Part shown: positions 39,831 through 50,345 of the stretch, piece after piece
Numbering within the stretch: position 1 is the stretch's first letter
Layout: every line of letters begins with the position of its first letter
DNA from: Bacilli bacterium
Lineage (GTDB): Bacteria; Bacillota_I; Bacilli_A; RFN20; CAG-826
Direction of reading: 5' to 3'
DNA: 64,000 bases
Assembly: GCA_035367155.1 (NCBI GenBank)
Contig: DAOSJI010000002.1
Span: forward strand, 38,786 to 102,785
The notes under the pieces: model-generated
Database searches by the model: none
The model's input: the letters and a program-made list of their open reading frames with translations, nothing else
Told to the model about the DNA's origin: nothing
Translations under genes and position numbers: made by a program

Positions 39831-41001
39831 TTTTATTTTTCAAATTCCAACCAAATTATATTTCGGCGAAAACCAAGAATATAAAATAGCTGACATTTTG
39901 CAAGCGCTTAATGTAAAAAGACCTTTAATTTTAATTGGTCAACAATCTGTAATTAGAAGTGGTTTATTAAAAATAGTAACGGATATACTTGATGAAAAGA
40001 AAATCGATTATCAAATATATAAAGGAATAACACCAAATCCTGAAATTTATTTTGTAAGAGAAGGTGTAAAAAAAGCAAGAGAGTTTGAAGCTGATTTAAT
40101 TTTAGCAATAGGAGGCGGATCAGTTATTGATGTAGCAAAAGGAATGGCCTGTTCTTATTTTTATAGTGGAGACCCATTAGATTTATTCATTCATACTTAT
40201 CGACCAACAGTCGCCCTTCCGATTGGAGTGATTTTAACTCATGCTGCTGCCGGAAGTGAAATGTCGACAAGTGCTGTTATAAGTGATAGTAAAAATCATT
40301 TTAAACAAGGATATAATCATCAATTGAATAGACCAACTTTTGCTATTTGCAATCCTAAATATACTTTGACATTGCCACCTCATCAAACCGCGGTTGGTAT
40401 TGTTGACATACTAATGCATACATTGGAAAGATATTTTAATAAAAGCGACGAATATGAAGTAAGCGATTATTTTGCTGAGGGACTTTTAAAAGGTGTTATT
40501 GAAGTTGGATACGCTCTAATGAAAAATCCAAATAATTTAAAAGCTAGAGCAAGTCTAATGTTATTTAGTTCATTATCACATTGTGGAATAACAAGTATTG
40601 GTAAAGAAGGACTTATGCCGATTCACGTTCTTGAACATCCAATAAGTGCATTATATCCATCGGTTGCTCATGGAGCTGGATTAGCAGTTATGTGGGGACC
40701 GTGGGCACGTCATTATGTAGAAAAAGATACTGCAAAATTTGTTTCTTTTGCACAAAACGTGCTTCAAATTAATGAACCAAGTTTAGATTGTCTAGAATTA
40801 GCTAAATTAGGCGTTAAACAACTTGATGATTATTTTAAACATTTAAATGTTAAAATAAGACTTCGCGACTATGGTGTTAAGAAGGATGATTTAGTAACTC
40901 TAGCCAAAATTGCGACCAAAAATAAAAAAAGTTCAATTTATCACTATACAGGGTCTTTAACATACGAAGAAGTGCTTCGTTTGTATGAAGAGGCCTATTA
41001 G
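39823..41001 (+). CDS. Iron-containing (group III) alcohol dehydrogenase
   Basis: GGGSVIDVAKG and conserved His-rich metal-site regions. 392 aa. Confidence 0.88.
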   Translation: MNSFIFQIPTKLYFGENQEYKIADILQALNVKRPLILIGQQSVIRSGLLKIVTDILDEKKIDYQIYKGITPNPEIYFVREGVKKAREFEADLILAIGGGSVIDVAKGMACSYFYSGDPLDLFIHTYRPTVALPIGVILTHAAAGSEMSTSAVISDSKNHFKQGYNHQLNRPTFAICNPKYTLTLPPHQTAVGIVDILMHTLERYFNKSDEYEVSDYFAEGLLKGVIEVGYALMKNPNNLKARASLMLFSSLSHCGITSIGKEGLMPIHVLEHPISALYPSVAHGAGLAVMWGPWARHYVEKDTAKFVSFAQNVLQINEPSLDCLELAKLGVKQLDDYFKHLNVKIRLRDYGVKKDDLVTLAKIATKNKKSSIYHYTGSLTYEEVLRLYEEAY

Positions 41002-42136
41002 AAAGAAGGATATTATGAAAAAAGAAGATGTACTAAGTGTCTTTGTTTACCTAGTAATGTTGCTTATAGCATTATTTATAGGACTTAGAATTATTAGCCC
41101 AGCTATTGGAGATCTTAACTATACACAGAAAGAAGCGTATGGATTTGCTATTCTTACAATCGTCGTTGGTGTTTTAATTAATGCTGTTATTTTCGAAGTT
41201 GGACACATCGTAGGGGCATTAATTGGAGGATATAAAATTTTATCCGTTAACATTTTAGGATTATGCATTTTTAGAGCCAATAAAAAATGGCGAGTGGCCA
41301 TAAAAGGCTTTAATGGTTTAACGGGCGAAACAAAGATTTTTGCAAAAAGAGCAAAAGCGAATCCGCGACTTCACTTATTTGGTCCAATCATTTTGTATTT
41401 AATTGAATTTGCAGCTGCTATTCTACTCTTTGTTTTTTTACCAAAAGAAAATGTTGTTCATCATGCCGCATTAATTGTGGCAGGTATTGGGGCAATGCTT
41501 ATTATTTATAATATTATGCCTTTTAGACTTGATACTCTAACTGATGGCTATTATTTAATGCTTTTAAGTAAGAAAGTAAACATCGAAACTTTTAATGAAT
41601 TAATGCGCATTCAATCTTTAGTTAATGATAAAGAAGAAGTAGGTGATATAAAAGTTTTTGAACAAATTACTACTTTAACTGCGACTGTAAATATGTATAA
41701 ATTTTATGAATGTTTGGATGAAAAAAAATATGATGAAGCTATGAAAATATTAAAACCCATTTTGGAAAACAAACACAAATTAGAACCAGAGATACATGGG
41801 CGAGCACTAGCACAAAAATTGTATTTATTACTGATAACAAAACCAAAAGAAGCTGTGGAACTTTTTTGGAATGATGAGTTAGGTGCAAAAGAAAAGAAAT
41901 TTATTGCTAATGACGTCAGCATGGAATCTTTAAGATCATATTTACTTTTTAACGGACTTGTTAGCAAGAGTGAAAGTGAAAGCGCTTATGTTGTATCACG
42001 TGTTCCTAAAGCATTGAAAACAAGAATGGATGAAAGAAGGAGACAAACAGAAATCGATTTATTCATTCAAACTCTTGAGGTTGTAAGAAAAGAAAATCCT
42101 ACATGGGTTATAGATGATCCAAAAATTAAAAAGTAA
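40985..42136 (+). CDS. Polytopic membrane protein with an M50/site-2-protease-like core and a soluble helical C-terminal domain
   Basis: FEVGH sits where M50 enzymes have HExxH, and NIMPFRLDTLTDG resembles NxxPxxxLDG. An alternative start is MKKEDV at about 41015. Confidence 0.45.
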   Translation: MKRPIRKKDIMKKEDVLSVFVYLVMLLIALFIGLRIISPAIGDLNYTQKEAYGFAILTIVVGVLINAVIFEVGHIVGALIGGYKILSVNILGLCIFRANKKWRVAIKGFNGLTGETKIFAKRAKANPRLHLFGPIILYLIEFAAAILLFVFLPKENVVHHAALIVAGIGAMLIIYNIMPFRLDTLTDGYYLMLLSKKVNIETFNELMRIQSLVNDKEEVGDIKVFEQITTLTATVNMYKFYECLDEKKYDEAMKILKPILENKHKLEPEIHGRALAQKLYLLLITKPKEAVELFWNDELGAKEKKFIANDVSMESLRSYLLFNGLVSKSESESAYVVSRVPKALKTRMDERRRQTEIDLFIQTLEVVRKENPTWVIDDPKIKK

Positions 42137-42217
42137 ATAACATTGCAAAAACACTATTAAAGGTTCAAAAAAGGCATCAAACCCTTTAGAATAAAACACA
42201 AAATGTGAGGTATAAAT

Positions 42218-43339
42218 ATGAAACTAATGACAATTTTAGGAACAAGACCCGAAATCATCCGTCTTTCCGCAATATTAAAAAAAGCTGACAAATATTTTGA
42301 CCATGTTATTGTTCACACAGGCCAAAATTACGATTATGAATTAAATGCCATTTTCTTTGAAGAACTAGAAATTCGTAAACCTGATTATTTTTTGGAGTGT
42401 GTAGGGAAGAATTTAGGAGAAACTTTAGGCGGAATTTTTTCGAAATCGTATGAAATAATTTTAAAAGAAAAACCAGACGCCATCTTAATTTTAGGTGACA
42501 CAAATAGTTCTCTAGCTGCAATTGCTGCAAAAAGATTAAAGGTTCCAGTTTTTCATATGGAAGCCGGAAATCGCTGTTGGGATTGGAATGTACCAGAAAT
42601 GATTAACCGCAAAATAGTTGATCATATAAGTGATATCAATCTACCTTATACTGAGAATAGTCGAAGATATTTAATAAAAGAAGGAATTGATCCAAAAACT
42701 ATTTTCGTTACTGGTTCTCCCCTTTATGAAGTGTTAAACGAATATAAAGAAAAAATAGATAATTGTGATGTTCTTAAAAGATTAAATTTAAAGAAAAAAC
42801 AATATATTTTACTCTCAGCACATCGAGAAGAAAATATTGATATTGAGAAAAATTTCGAAAAATTGATGTGTAGCGTCGAAGAAGTGGCAAAAAAATATGA
42901 TATGCCAATCGTCTATTCAATGCATCCTCGGAGTAAAAAATGGGTTGAAAAAAGAGGACATCAATTTCCTAAAAACGTTATTGCTCATAAACCTTTTGGT
43001 TTAGTTGACTATTGTTCGCTGCAAAAAAACGCTTATTGCGTTTTAAGTGATTCAGGTACATTGAGTGAAGAGAGTGCTATGTTAGATTTTCCGGGGGTTC
43101 TTATTAGAACATCTACTGAAAGGCCGGAAGCATTAGATGAGGGTTCAATCGTTATAGGAGGAATTGAAAAGGGTAATGTAATTGAAGCTCTTGAATTAGC
43201 AGTGAAAATACACAAAGCAGAAGGAAAGCAACCACTTCATCCATCCTATCTTGTAAACAATGTATCAAGCAAGGTTCTTAAAATTATTCAAAGTTATGCA
43301 AAAATCGTCAATATAACGACATGGTTAAAAGACGAATAG
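42218..43339 (+). CDS. wecB: UDP-N-acetylglucosamine 2-epimerase (non-hydrolysing, WecB/Cap5G-like)
   Basis: GTRPEIIRLS, GDTNSSLAA and HMEAGNRCWD motifs. Confidence 0.9.
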   Translation: MKLMTILGTRPEIIRLSAILKKADKYFDHVIVHTGQNYDYELNAIFFEELEIRKPDYFLECVGKNLGETLGGIFSKSYEIILKEKPDAILILGDTNSSLAAIAAKRLKVPVFHMEAGNRCWDWNVPEMINRKIVDHISDINLPYTENSRRYLIKEGIDPKTIFVTGSPLYEVLNEYKEKIDNCDVLKRLNLKKKQYILLSAHREENIDIEKNFEKLMCSVEEVAKKYDMPIVYSMHPRSKKWVEKRGHQFPKNVIAHKPFGLVDYCSLQKNAYCVLSDSGTLSEESAMLDFPGVLIRTSTERPEALDEGSIVIGGIEKGNVIEALELAVKIHKAEGKQPLHPSYLVNNVSSKVLKIIQSYAKIVNITTWLKDE

Positions 43340-43355
43340 AACACGGAGTTAAATT

Positions 43356-44123
43356 ATGTATCGAAACTTTTTTAAACGATTGCTTGATATTATTGCTTCA
43401 TTTATTCTTTTAGTCTTTTTGCTTTTTCCATTTATGATAATAGGTATTATAATTCGGGCTAAATTGGGTGGTCCAGTATTTTTTAAACAGAGACGCCCAG
43501 GGAAAAATAATAGAATATTCCATATGTATAAATTTCGTACAATGACAAACGAGCGTGATGAAAACGGCAATTTATTACCAGACAAAGATAGGTTGACTAA
43601 ACTTGGGAAATTTTTAAGAAAGTCTTCTATTGATGAATTACCTCAAATTATTAACATATTGATTGGTGATATGTCGTTTATAGGACCACGTCCAAAACTA
43701 ATTAAAGATGTAATTTTTATGAAAAACGACGAGTGCTTAATTAGGCAAGCTGTTAGGCCTGGAATTTCAGGGTGGGCACAAATCCATGGAAGAAACGAAT
43801 CCACATGGTATCAAGTACTCGAAAGAGACATATATTATGTAAAACATGTTTCTTTCTTTTTAGATGTTAAAATCTTTTTTAAAACAATAGGAGTTATTCT
43901 TTCTCAAAAAGGAATTAACACTCCTGGAGCGGCAACCCACTTTTTATATGCAGACGTTTTACTTAATGATAAAAAGATAACAAAAGAAGAACATAAACGA
44001 TTAAATGCAGAAGCGATTGAAATAGAAAAAGATTTAAACAAAGTTTATGTTTTTGGTAATAAAACAAAATTTAGTAAAGATCAGCTTAAAAAGGAACCAA
44101 AAATAAAAAAAGATAAATCTTAA
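43356..44123 (+). CDS. Initiating phosphoglycosyl transferase (bacterial sugar transferase, monotopic PglC/WbaP-C type)
   Basis: Re-entrant helix N-terminus, plus KFRTM, DELPQ and RPGISGWAQI. There is also a lysine-rich C-terminal extension. Confidence 0.88.
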   Translation: MYRNFFKRLLDIIASFILLVFLLFPFMIIGIIIRAKLGGPVFFKQRRPGKNNRIFHMYKFRTMTNERDENGNLLPDKDRLTKLGKFLRKSSIDELPQIINILIGDMSFIGPRPKLIKDVIFMKNDECLIRQAVRPGISGWAQIHGRNESTWYQVLERDIYYVKHVSFFLDVKIFFKTIGVILSQKGINTPGAATHFLYADVLLNDKKITKEEHKRLNAEAIEIEKDLNKVYVFGNKTKFSKDQLKKEPKIKKDKS

Positions 44124-44124
44124 C

Positions 44125-45252
44125 ATGAAAACCATTACTTTTTTATTGATGTATTATAAACCCGAAAATCATACAATCAATTATGTTTATAATCCAATAA
44201 TTGATGAGTATTTAAAAAATGGATATCGGGTTAATATCGTTGTCCCTAATCCGACTAGAGGGCTTTCTAGAGCAAAAATCAAAGAATATCGAAAAAAAAC
44301 CGAGGAAAAAATAAAAGACAAATTATTTTTATATCGCGTAAATTGTTTTACGTATAGAAAATATAACAAATTAAACTTATTACTTCGCTACTTGTCTGTT
44401 AGTAATAAGTGTGCGAAAAAGTTAAGAAAAATACATTCTGATATTGTTTTTTTACAAACAAGTCCGCCAATTTTTTATGCATATAAAGCTAGTAAGATAG
44501 CTAAAAGAAAAGGTGTTTCGATTATTTATAATGTTCAAGATATTTATCCAGAAAATATTTTTAAAGAAAATCGCTTACTTTATAAAATAATCAATCACTA
44601 TCAAAAGAAAACCTTAAATAACGCAGATGTTATTTCAACGCTTTCTCAAGATATGAAAAAAACACTTCTCAAAAAAGGTAATTTTGAAAATAAAATCAAA
44701 ATCATTCCTAATCCTATAACATATAAGGTTAAAGAATATAGTGAACAACAACTTAAAGAAACTGCTAATAATTATGGATTTAAGAAAGATAAAATTAATG
44801 TCGTTTATGCAGGAAACATGGGTTATTTGCAAGATATAGATGTAATTATTTCTGCCGCAAAGAAGGTCTTAGAAAAGACAAATAAATATAATTTTATTTT
44901 TATTGGTGAGGGTGCTCAAAAAGAACGATTAAAAAACGAAATAAATGATTTGAAAAATGAAAACATAAATATATATACAATGGCACCTATGGAGGTATCA
45001 CCATATATTTATAAATTGGCTGATTTTAATGTTATAAGTTTGTTACCTAATGTTATTTATACTGCTTGTCCACTTAAAACCGCTATGATAATTGAAGCAA
45101 ACAAAAATGTTATAGCGTGTGTTGATGAAGAATCTACATATATAAAAGAATTGAAAGAAAAAGTTAATGATTTAATAGTAATCCCTAATAGGGATGCAGA
45201 AAAATTAGCGAAAGAATTATTACAAAGGTTAAATAAAAATGAAAAGAAATAA
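44125..45252 (+). CDS. GT4 glycosyltransferase (WbuB/WcaI-like)
   Basis: The N-terminal YYKPEN...IVVPNPTRG pattern is typical of WbuB-type GT4 enzymes. 375 aa. Confidence 0.75.
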   Translation: MKTITFLLMYYKPENHTINYVYNPIIDEYLKNGYRVNIVVPNPTRGLSRAKIKEYRKKTEEKIKDKLFLYRVNCFTYRKYNKLNLLLRYLSVSNKCAKKLRKIHSDIVFLQTSPPIFYAYKASKIAKRKGVSIIYNVQDIYPENIFKENRLLYKIINHYQKKTLNNADVISTLSQDMKKTLLKKGNFENKIKIIPNPITYKVKEYSEQQLKETANNYGFKKDKINVVYAGNMGYLQDIDVIISAAKKVLEKTNKYNFIFIGEGAQKERLKNEINDLKNENINIYTMAPMEVSPYIYKLADFNVISLLPNVIYTACPLKTAMIIEANKNVIACVDEESTYIKELKEKVNDLIVIPNRDAEKLAKELLQRLNKNEKK

Positions 45253-46051
45253 AGAAGTACCTTATGGCACTCTTATTGTTAAAGAGTTTACGACAAAGCT
45301 TTTAAAAATAGGGGATCGTAAAATACGGATTTGGTTGCCTGATGGGTATGATGAAAACTATGAAACAGGATATCCGGTTTTATATATGCATGACGGGCAA
45401 AATTTGTTTGAATCTAGCACCTCTTATGCTGGTGAATGGTTTATTGATGAATCGCTTTCAAAGTTAAGTAAGAAAAATAAAAATTTCAAAATGATTGTTG
45501 TAGGAATCGATAATTCTCCTTTACGAATTAATGAAATGAGTTTTCTTTCAATAAAAAAGAGTTGTTATCGCTTTCCTAATAAAAGTTATGAAGGTCAAGA
45601 TTATGCAAAATTTATTGTAGAAGAAGTAAAAGAATATATTGATAAAAATTATAATACGAACCCGAAAATAAATTTAATAGGTGGATCCTCAATGGGAGGA
45701 ATCATCTCCTTTTTTATGGCGTTGGCTTATCCTGACGTTTTTGGGTACGCTTTGTGTTTTACACCAGCTGGAATGTTACATTATCAAAACGAATTAAAAA
45801 AATGGTGCAAAAACGCCATTAAAAACGCAAAAAAGCTACCAAAATTATATTTTATGGTAGGGAAAGGCGATAGGCTTGAACAAATAATTTTTAAATTTAC
45901 TGAGAAATTAATTCCCTTTTTATCTAAACAAGGTTATTCAAAAGAAAATTTGAGGTATGATGTGATAGAAGAAGCTATACATAATGAAAAATCATGGGCA
46001 AAGATTTTTCCGACTGCTATTAAATGGCTTAATATAAGGGAAACGAGTTAA
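45239..46051 (+). CDS. Alpha/beta-hydrolase esterase (putative-esterase family)
   Basis: PVLYMHDGQN and the nucleophile elbow GGSSMGG. Overlaps the upstream GT gene. Confidence 0.7.
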   Translation: MKRNKEVPYGTLIVKEFTTKLLKIGDRKIRIWLPDGYDENYETGYPVLYMHDGQNLFESSTSYAGEWFIDESLSKLSKKNKNFKMIVVGIDNSPLRINEMSFLSIKKSCYRFPNKSYEGQDYAKFIVEEVKEYIDKNYNTNPKINLIGGSSMGGIISFFMALAYPDVFGYALCFTPAGMLHYQNELKKWCKNAIKNAKKLPKLYFMVGKGDRLEQIIFKFTEKLIPFLSKQGYSKENLRYDVIEEAIHNEKSWAKIFPTAIKWLNIRETS

Positions 46052-46097
46052 TTAATATTATGATATAATTAACTAAAGGTGCTTATAGGAGATTACT

Positions 46098-48770
46098 GTG
46101 AACATATTATTAGTTAATGCTAATAACCTTCTTGGAAGAAAGTTTGCCCAAAGATTAAAAAAAGATGGGCAACAATTTTTTCAATACGGAAAAGATGACG
46201 TTAGTAATGAGTCCTTGGAAGAATTGATTGGAAAAAGCAATTTTATTTTTCATTTCGGAAACGAAGACTCTGATCGTAGAAAAGAACAACTTTATCATTC
46301 AAATGTTGTCATTACTAAACAAATAATTGAAACAATAGAAAAGCATAATTTCAAAATACCTATTGTTTTTATATCAACTGCTATAGATGGTCCTAATGAT
46401 TTTGTTGAAGTGAAAAAAGAAGCTGAAACGGAGTTAAAAACATATCAAAAAAGGAGCAAAAATCCAGTTTTTGTTTTAAAAGTTTCAAATGTTTATGGTG
46501 ATGAAAAATGTAATAATTACTATTCGCAAATTTATCATTTGATGAATTTATTAATGGTACAACAACGGCATTCTTCATTTGAAAGTGATGAAATTATCCG
46601 TGTTGTTGAGGTTGAACCATTTGTAGATTTTCTAATAACACTGCTAAAAAAAGAATCATGGAATCAATTAAACCCTCCTCATGTTGATGAATTTAAAATT
46701 AAAGACCTTGTAAAAACAATTAATGAATTTCGAAGGCTTTCTTATGTTCGTAGAACTCCAATTATTGAGACATCAAAAGATTTAGCAGCATATAAGATTT
46801 TTAGATCCTATATATCTCCAAATGCGCCCAAAATAGAATTAAGCGAAAAAGTTAAACCTAATATAGCAATAGAAAAACCAAAAGAAGTTAAAGAAACAGT
46901 TCAACAAAATGACAATGATGTTATGAGAACTAAACTTGATAAGGGATTTATTTATATTGCTGAGTGTGGGATGGAATCTAGCAAAGTATTGGAATCCTTT
47001 AAAAAGAGATTAGAAAATGAAAGCAGTAGATGTTTGTTCGTTGATAAAACCTGGTATGAAACAAATTACCAAAAGTATGTAACGAACATCCAAGCTATTA
47101 CAGAAAACTATGACTTTGTATTAATTGATGGTGTTGGATTAAGTGAAATAAGGGTTCAAATTCTTGCAAACGCATTAGATTATGGCTTTAGGAATAAAAC
47201 GGTTGTAGTTGTTGCCTCAAGAGATAATTTTAATCTTCAGTTAATTTTCATGAAATTGAAAAAACTTCATTTTTCAAAAATTGATGATGAAACAAGAGAA
47301 TCTAGAAAAGGATTTACCGAATATCTTAATAATTTTAAGTCGCTCTTTAAAAAAGAAAAATCTGTAGAAAAGAAAAAAGCAATAATTAAAGAAGAACCCA
47401 AGACGGCCAAAGTTGACATTATGACCGATACAGAAATTAATCAAGCAACTATTGGCAAAAGAAAAGTTTCTAAATTTTTCCTTTTACGTGAATTGTTCTT
47501 TATTGTTTTTATGATTTTGAGTTTAATTAGCAGTAATTTGACTTTTCAAAACGACACTAATACAAATATAAACGCGACAATTACTGCAGCGCATTATCAA
47601 GCAAATCGTGCAGAATCACGATATATCCATGGGTTTTTGAGCTCTAATTATCCTGGTTCAACTGTGGGCGCCAGCAATTTAGAAAACGCCTTCCAATATG
47701 GTAAGGATATTGAAAATGATCAAATTAGTTTTTATGTTACTTGTGTCCAAGGACCAGTGACAGGCGCCAATAGAAGTAGATTTAATATTATTTTTTCTGG
47801 TGGAAATACTATTGCAAACGCTATTGCTTTAAAAGATTATTCTTCAGATGGTCAACTGCTTAAGTATATGAGAGTTGAGCAATATTTATTAGGAGATGAA
47901 ATAGATAAAACTTCGACTAACGAAGAAGCAACGCCTATTTATATTTCTTCAACTTTAGCGGATATTATTATTGAATCTAATGAATTTATAAATAATTACA
48001 GCGACATAATTAATACAACGATAACTCGAACTTATGGTTTAATTAGTGAACAACTAGAAATTAAAAATATTATTTATACAAGCGATAAAAAAGAAAATTA
48101 TGCTGAAAGAGAACACTCAAATCCATACAGTGGAATTGACGAAGGGCTTGGCAAACACCTTAATAAAGTTATTGGACAACCAATTATTTTTCTTTTAGAT
48201 GCTGAACAATTAAATGGTTTTGAGACAAGAATTGAATTTGATGCTTTTCCTAAGGGTAAAGGAATAAAAAAACTGCTTGATAATTATTATAAGGATTTCC
48301 AAGTAATTGAAGGTGTTAACTATACAAAAAATATAAAATTCGGAATTTACAACGATGGAAAATATATTGAAGATGACTTTATATTAAATGATGTTAATGC
48401 ATATTATCAAACCAAAACATCAAGTATTAATTTTACGATGATAATATTTGCGATTTTTTCAATTTTATTTGCTTTTGTGGCAGCTAATATCTTATTAACT
48501 AATTTGAAAGAAGCTCTCAAATATAGCAATAGCAGAGTCCATGTCGTTTTAGGGCTAATTTTTACAATAGTACCAATAATTATTGTTAATTTTGCGATTG
48601 CTTTATACAAAGGTTTATCAAATTATAGTGTTTCAGCAATCGCATTACAAAATACATTTGGTATTATCGCTAACATTGTAATAACACTAGTTATGGCAGG
48701 GTTAACATTGTTCTTTTTCTTTAGTTTAAGAAAAGAAAATTATAGGAAGTCTGAAAGAGAGGCTAAATAA
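46098..48770 (+). CDS. 890-aa chimeric protein: degenerate SDR/CapF-like N-domain, degenerate BY-kinase/ParA-like P-loop domain, then a TM-ectodomain-3TM (FtsX-like topology) module
   Basis: GTG start after a TAGGAG RBS. The Rossmann position reads VNANNLLG. The Walker A position reads AECGMESSKV, and DFVLIDGVGL is Walker-B-like. Hydrophobic helices lie at about residues 470-490 and in the last 130 residues. Confidence 0.5.
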   Translation: MNILLVNANNLLGRKFAQRLKKDGQQFFQYGKDDVSNESLEELIGKSNFIFHFGNEDSDRRKEQLYHSNVVITKQIIETIEKHNFKIPIVFISTAIDGPNDFVEVKKEAETELKTYQKRSKNPVFVLKVSNVYGDEKCNNYYSQIYHLMNLLMVQQRHSSFESDEIIRVVEVEPFVDFLITLLKKESWNQLNPPHVDEFKIKDLVKTINEFRRLSYVRRTPIIETSKDLAAYKIFRSYISPNAPKIELSEKVKPNIAIEKPKEVKETVQQNDNDVMRTKLDKGFIYIAECGMESSKVLESFKKRLENESSRCLFVDKTWYETNYQKYVTNIQAITENYDFVLIDGVGLSEIRVQILANALDYGFRNKTVVVVASRDNFNLQLIFMKLKKLHFSKIDDETRESRKGFTEYLNNFKSLFKKEKSVEKKKAIIKEEPKTAKVDIMTDTEINQATIGKRKVSKFFLLRELFFIVFMILSLISSNLTFQNDTNTNINATITAAHYQANRAESRYIHGFLSSNYPGSTVGASNLENAFQYGKDIENDQISFYVTCVQGPVTGANRSRFNIIFSGGNTIANAIALKDYSSDGQLLKYMRVEQYLLGDEIDKTSTNEEATPIYISSTLADIIIESNEFINNYSDIINTTITRTYGLISEQLEIKNIIYTSDKKENYAEREHSNPYSGIDEGLGKHLNKVIGQPIIFLLDAEQLNGFETRIEFDAFPKGKGIKKLLDNYYKDFQVIEGVNYTKNIKFGIYNDGKYIEDDFILNDVNAYYQTKTSSINFTMIIFAIFSILFAFVAANILLTNLKEALKYSNSRVHVVLGLIFTIVPIIIVNFAIALYKGLSNYSVSAIALQNTFGIIANIVITLVMAGLTLFFFFSLRKENYRKSEREAK

Positions 48771-48771
48771 A

Positions 48772-49788
48772 ATGGAAGATATGAAAGTATTAATTTATTT
48801 TGAAGGCGAAAATATTATTAAAAAAAGCGGAATTGGTCGAGCAATGCGTCACCAAATGGAGGCACTAACATCAGCGAAGGTTAATTTTACAACAAATAAA
48901 AAAGACACCTTTAATTTAGCACACATTAATACTTATGGATTTAATAGCAAACGCCTTCTTAGAAAATGTAAACGAAAAAATATTCCAGTAATTGTACATG
49001 GTCATTCTACTTTTGAAGATTTTCGTAATTCATATCGAGCCTGGCAATTCCTTGCTCTTTTTTACAATAGTTGGCTCAAATATATGTATAGTAGAGCAGA
49101 TTTAATTGTCACCCCAACCTTGTACAGCGAGAATCTTATTAAAAGCTATGGTTATGATGTACCAGTTACTAATTTATCAAATGGATTAAATGTAGAAGAA
49201 TATAAACCTAGCGAAGATAAAGTAAAACAATTTAAAGATCATTTTAAAATTACAGATGAGAAAGTCATTATCGGTATTGGCTTTTTATTTGAACGAAAAG
49301 GTATTCGTGATTTTATTGAAGTTGCTAGGGCATTCCCCGATATTAAATTTATTTGGTTTGGTCATCTCTCCTGGTTACTAAGACAATCAAAAGTAAATAA
49401 AGCGATAAGAAGAAAGCCAGACAATGTAATTCTTCCCGGCTATATTGCAAACGATATTATTAAGGGAGCGATGCAATATGCTGAAATGCTCTTTTTCCCA
49501 AGCAATGAAGAAACTGAAGGAATTGTCGTTTTAGAAGGGCTCGCTAGTAAGATTCCTGTTCTTGTTAGAGACATCGGAGTGTATGAAGATTGGTTAAAAG
49601 ATGGTGAAAATGCGTATAAAGCACGTAATAATCAAGAATTTATTGAAAAAATTAAATATATAATACATAATGATAATTCCCAAGTAATAAAAAACGGTTA
49701 TCAGACGGCAATGGACCGTGATTTAAGTATTATCGGGCAAAAACTAAAGAAAATATACGAAGGAGTGCGAAAAAAGCATGTCAAATAA
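48772..49788 (+). CDS. GT4 glycosyltransferase (diacylglycerol-glycosyltransferase-like)
   Basis: Intact E-x7-E motif ETEGIVVLE and KSGIGRAM near the N-terminus. The start may be the MKVLIYF ATG at 48781. Confidence 0.8.
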   Translation: MEDMKVLIYFEGENIIKKSGIGRAMRHQMEALTSAKVNFTTNKKDTFNLAHINTYGFNSKRLLRKCKRKNIPVIVHGHSTFEDFRNSYRAWQFLALFYNSWLKYMYSRADLIVTPTLYSENLIKSYGYDVPVTNLSNGLNVEEYKPSEDKVKQFKDHFKITDEKVIIGIGFLFERKGIRDFIEVARAFPDIKFIWFGHLSWLLRQSKVNKAIRRKPDNVILPGYIANDIIKGAMQYAEMLFFPSNEETEGIVVLEGLASKIPVLVRDIGVYEDWLKDGENAYKARNNQEFIEKIKYIIHNDNSQVIKNGYQTAMDRDLSIIGQKLKKIYEGVRKKHVK

Positions 49789-50320
49789 AAAACTTGAAGA
49801 TTATTATGTTTTACTGGCACTTGATGAAGCTACGGCGATGCGCGTAAGAACAATTAAAACTTTGCAAAAAGATTTTAATATGCCTTATCGTCTTTTTTAT
49901 CCGCACCTTACTATTGCTCACTATCCTCTTGCTGAAAAGAAAAAACTAGTCAAAACGATTCGAAAATTATCTAGGAAATACAACCCATTTTCTTTAAACT
50001 TTGTTGATGTTAAATTAATTGACAAGGCACTTATTGCAATAGAAGTAGATAACAATAAAACTCTTGCTGAACTATATCAAAGAGTTCACGATAGTTTGCC
50101 CTATGTTGCAGACAAATGGACATCACCAAGTGAAACTCATTATTTGCCCCATGTTAGTCTGTATTTCAATAATGAAATTGATTTAACAGAAATGCATCAA
50201 CATTTTAAAAAAGGTTTTACTCCATTTAAAGGTGAAGTAGAAGCTCTTGAACTTTCTCTTTTTGACGGCAGGAGTTATACAATAACGCATCGATTTCCTT
50301 TAAAGAAACGCTGGTTTTAA
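49778..50320 (+). CDS. 2H phosphoesterase superfamily protein (LigT / 2',5'-RNA ligase-like)
   Basis: Two H-x-T/S-x motifs, PHLTIAH and PHVSLYF, with appropriate spacing. 180 aa. Confidence 0.7.
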   Translation: MSNKKLEDYYVLLALDEATAMRVRTIKTLQKDFNMPYRLFYPHLTIAHYPLAEKKKLVKTIRKLSRKYNPFSLNFVDVKLIDKALIAIEVDNNKTLAELYQRVHDSLPYVADKWTSPSETHYLPHVSLYFNNEIDLTEMHQHFKKGFTPFKGEVEALELSLFDGRSYTITHRFPLKKRWF

Positions 50321-50345
50321 CTTTATTTTTAAATAATTAAGTAGT

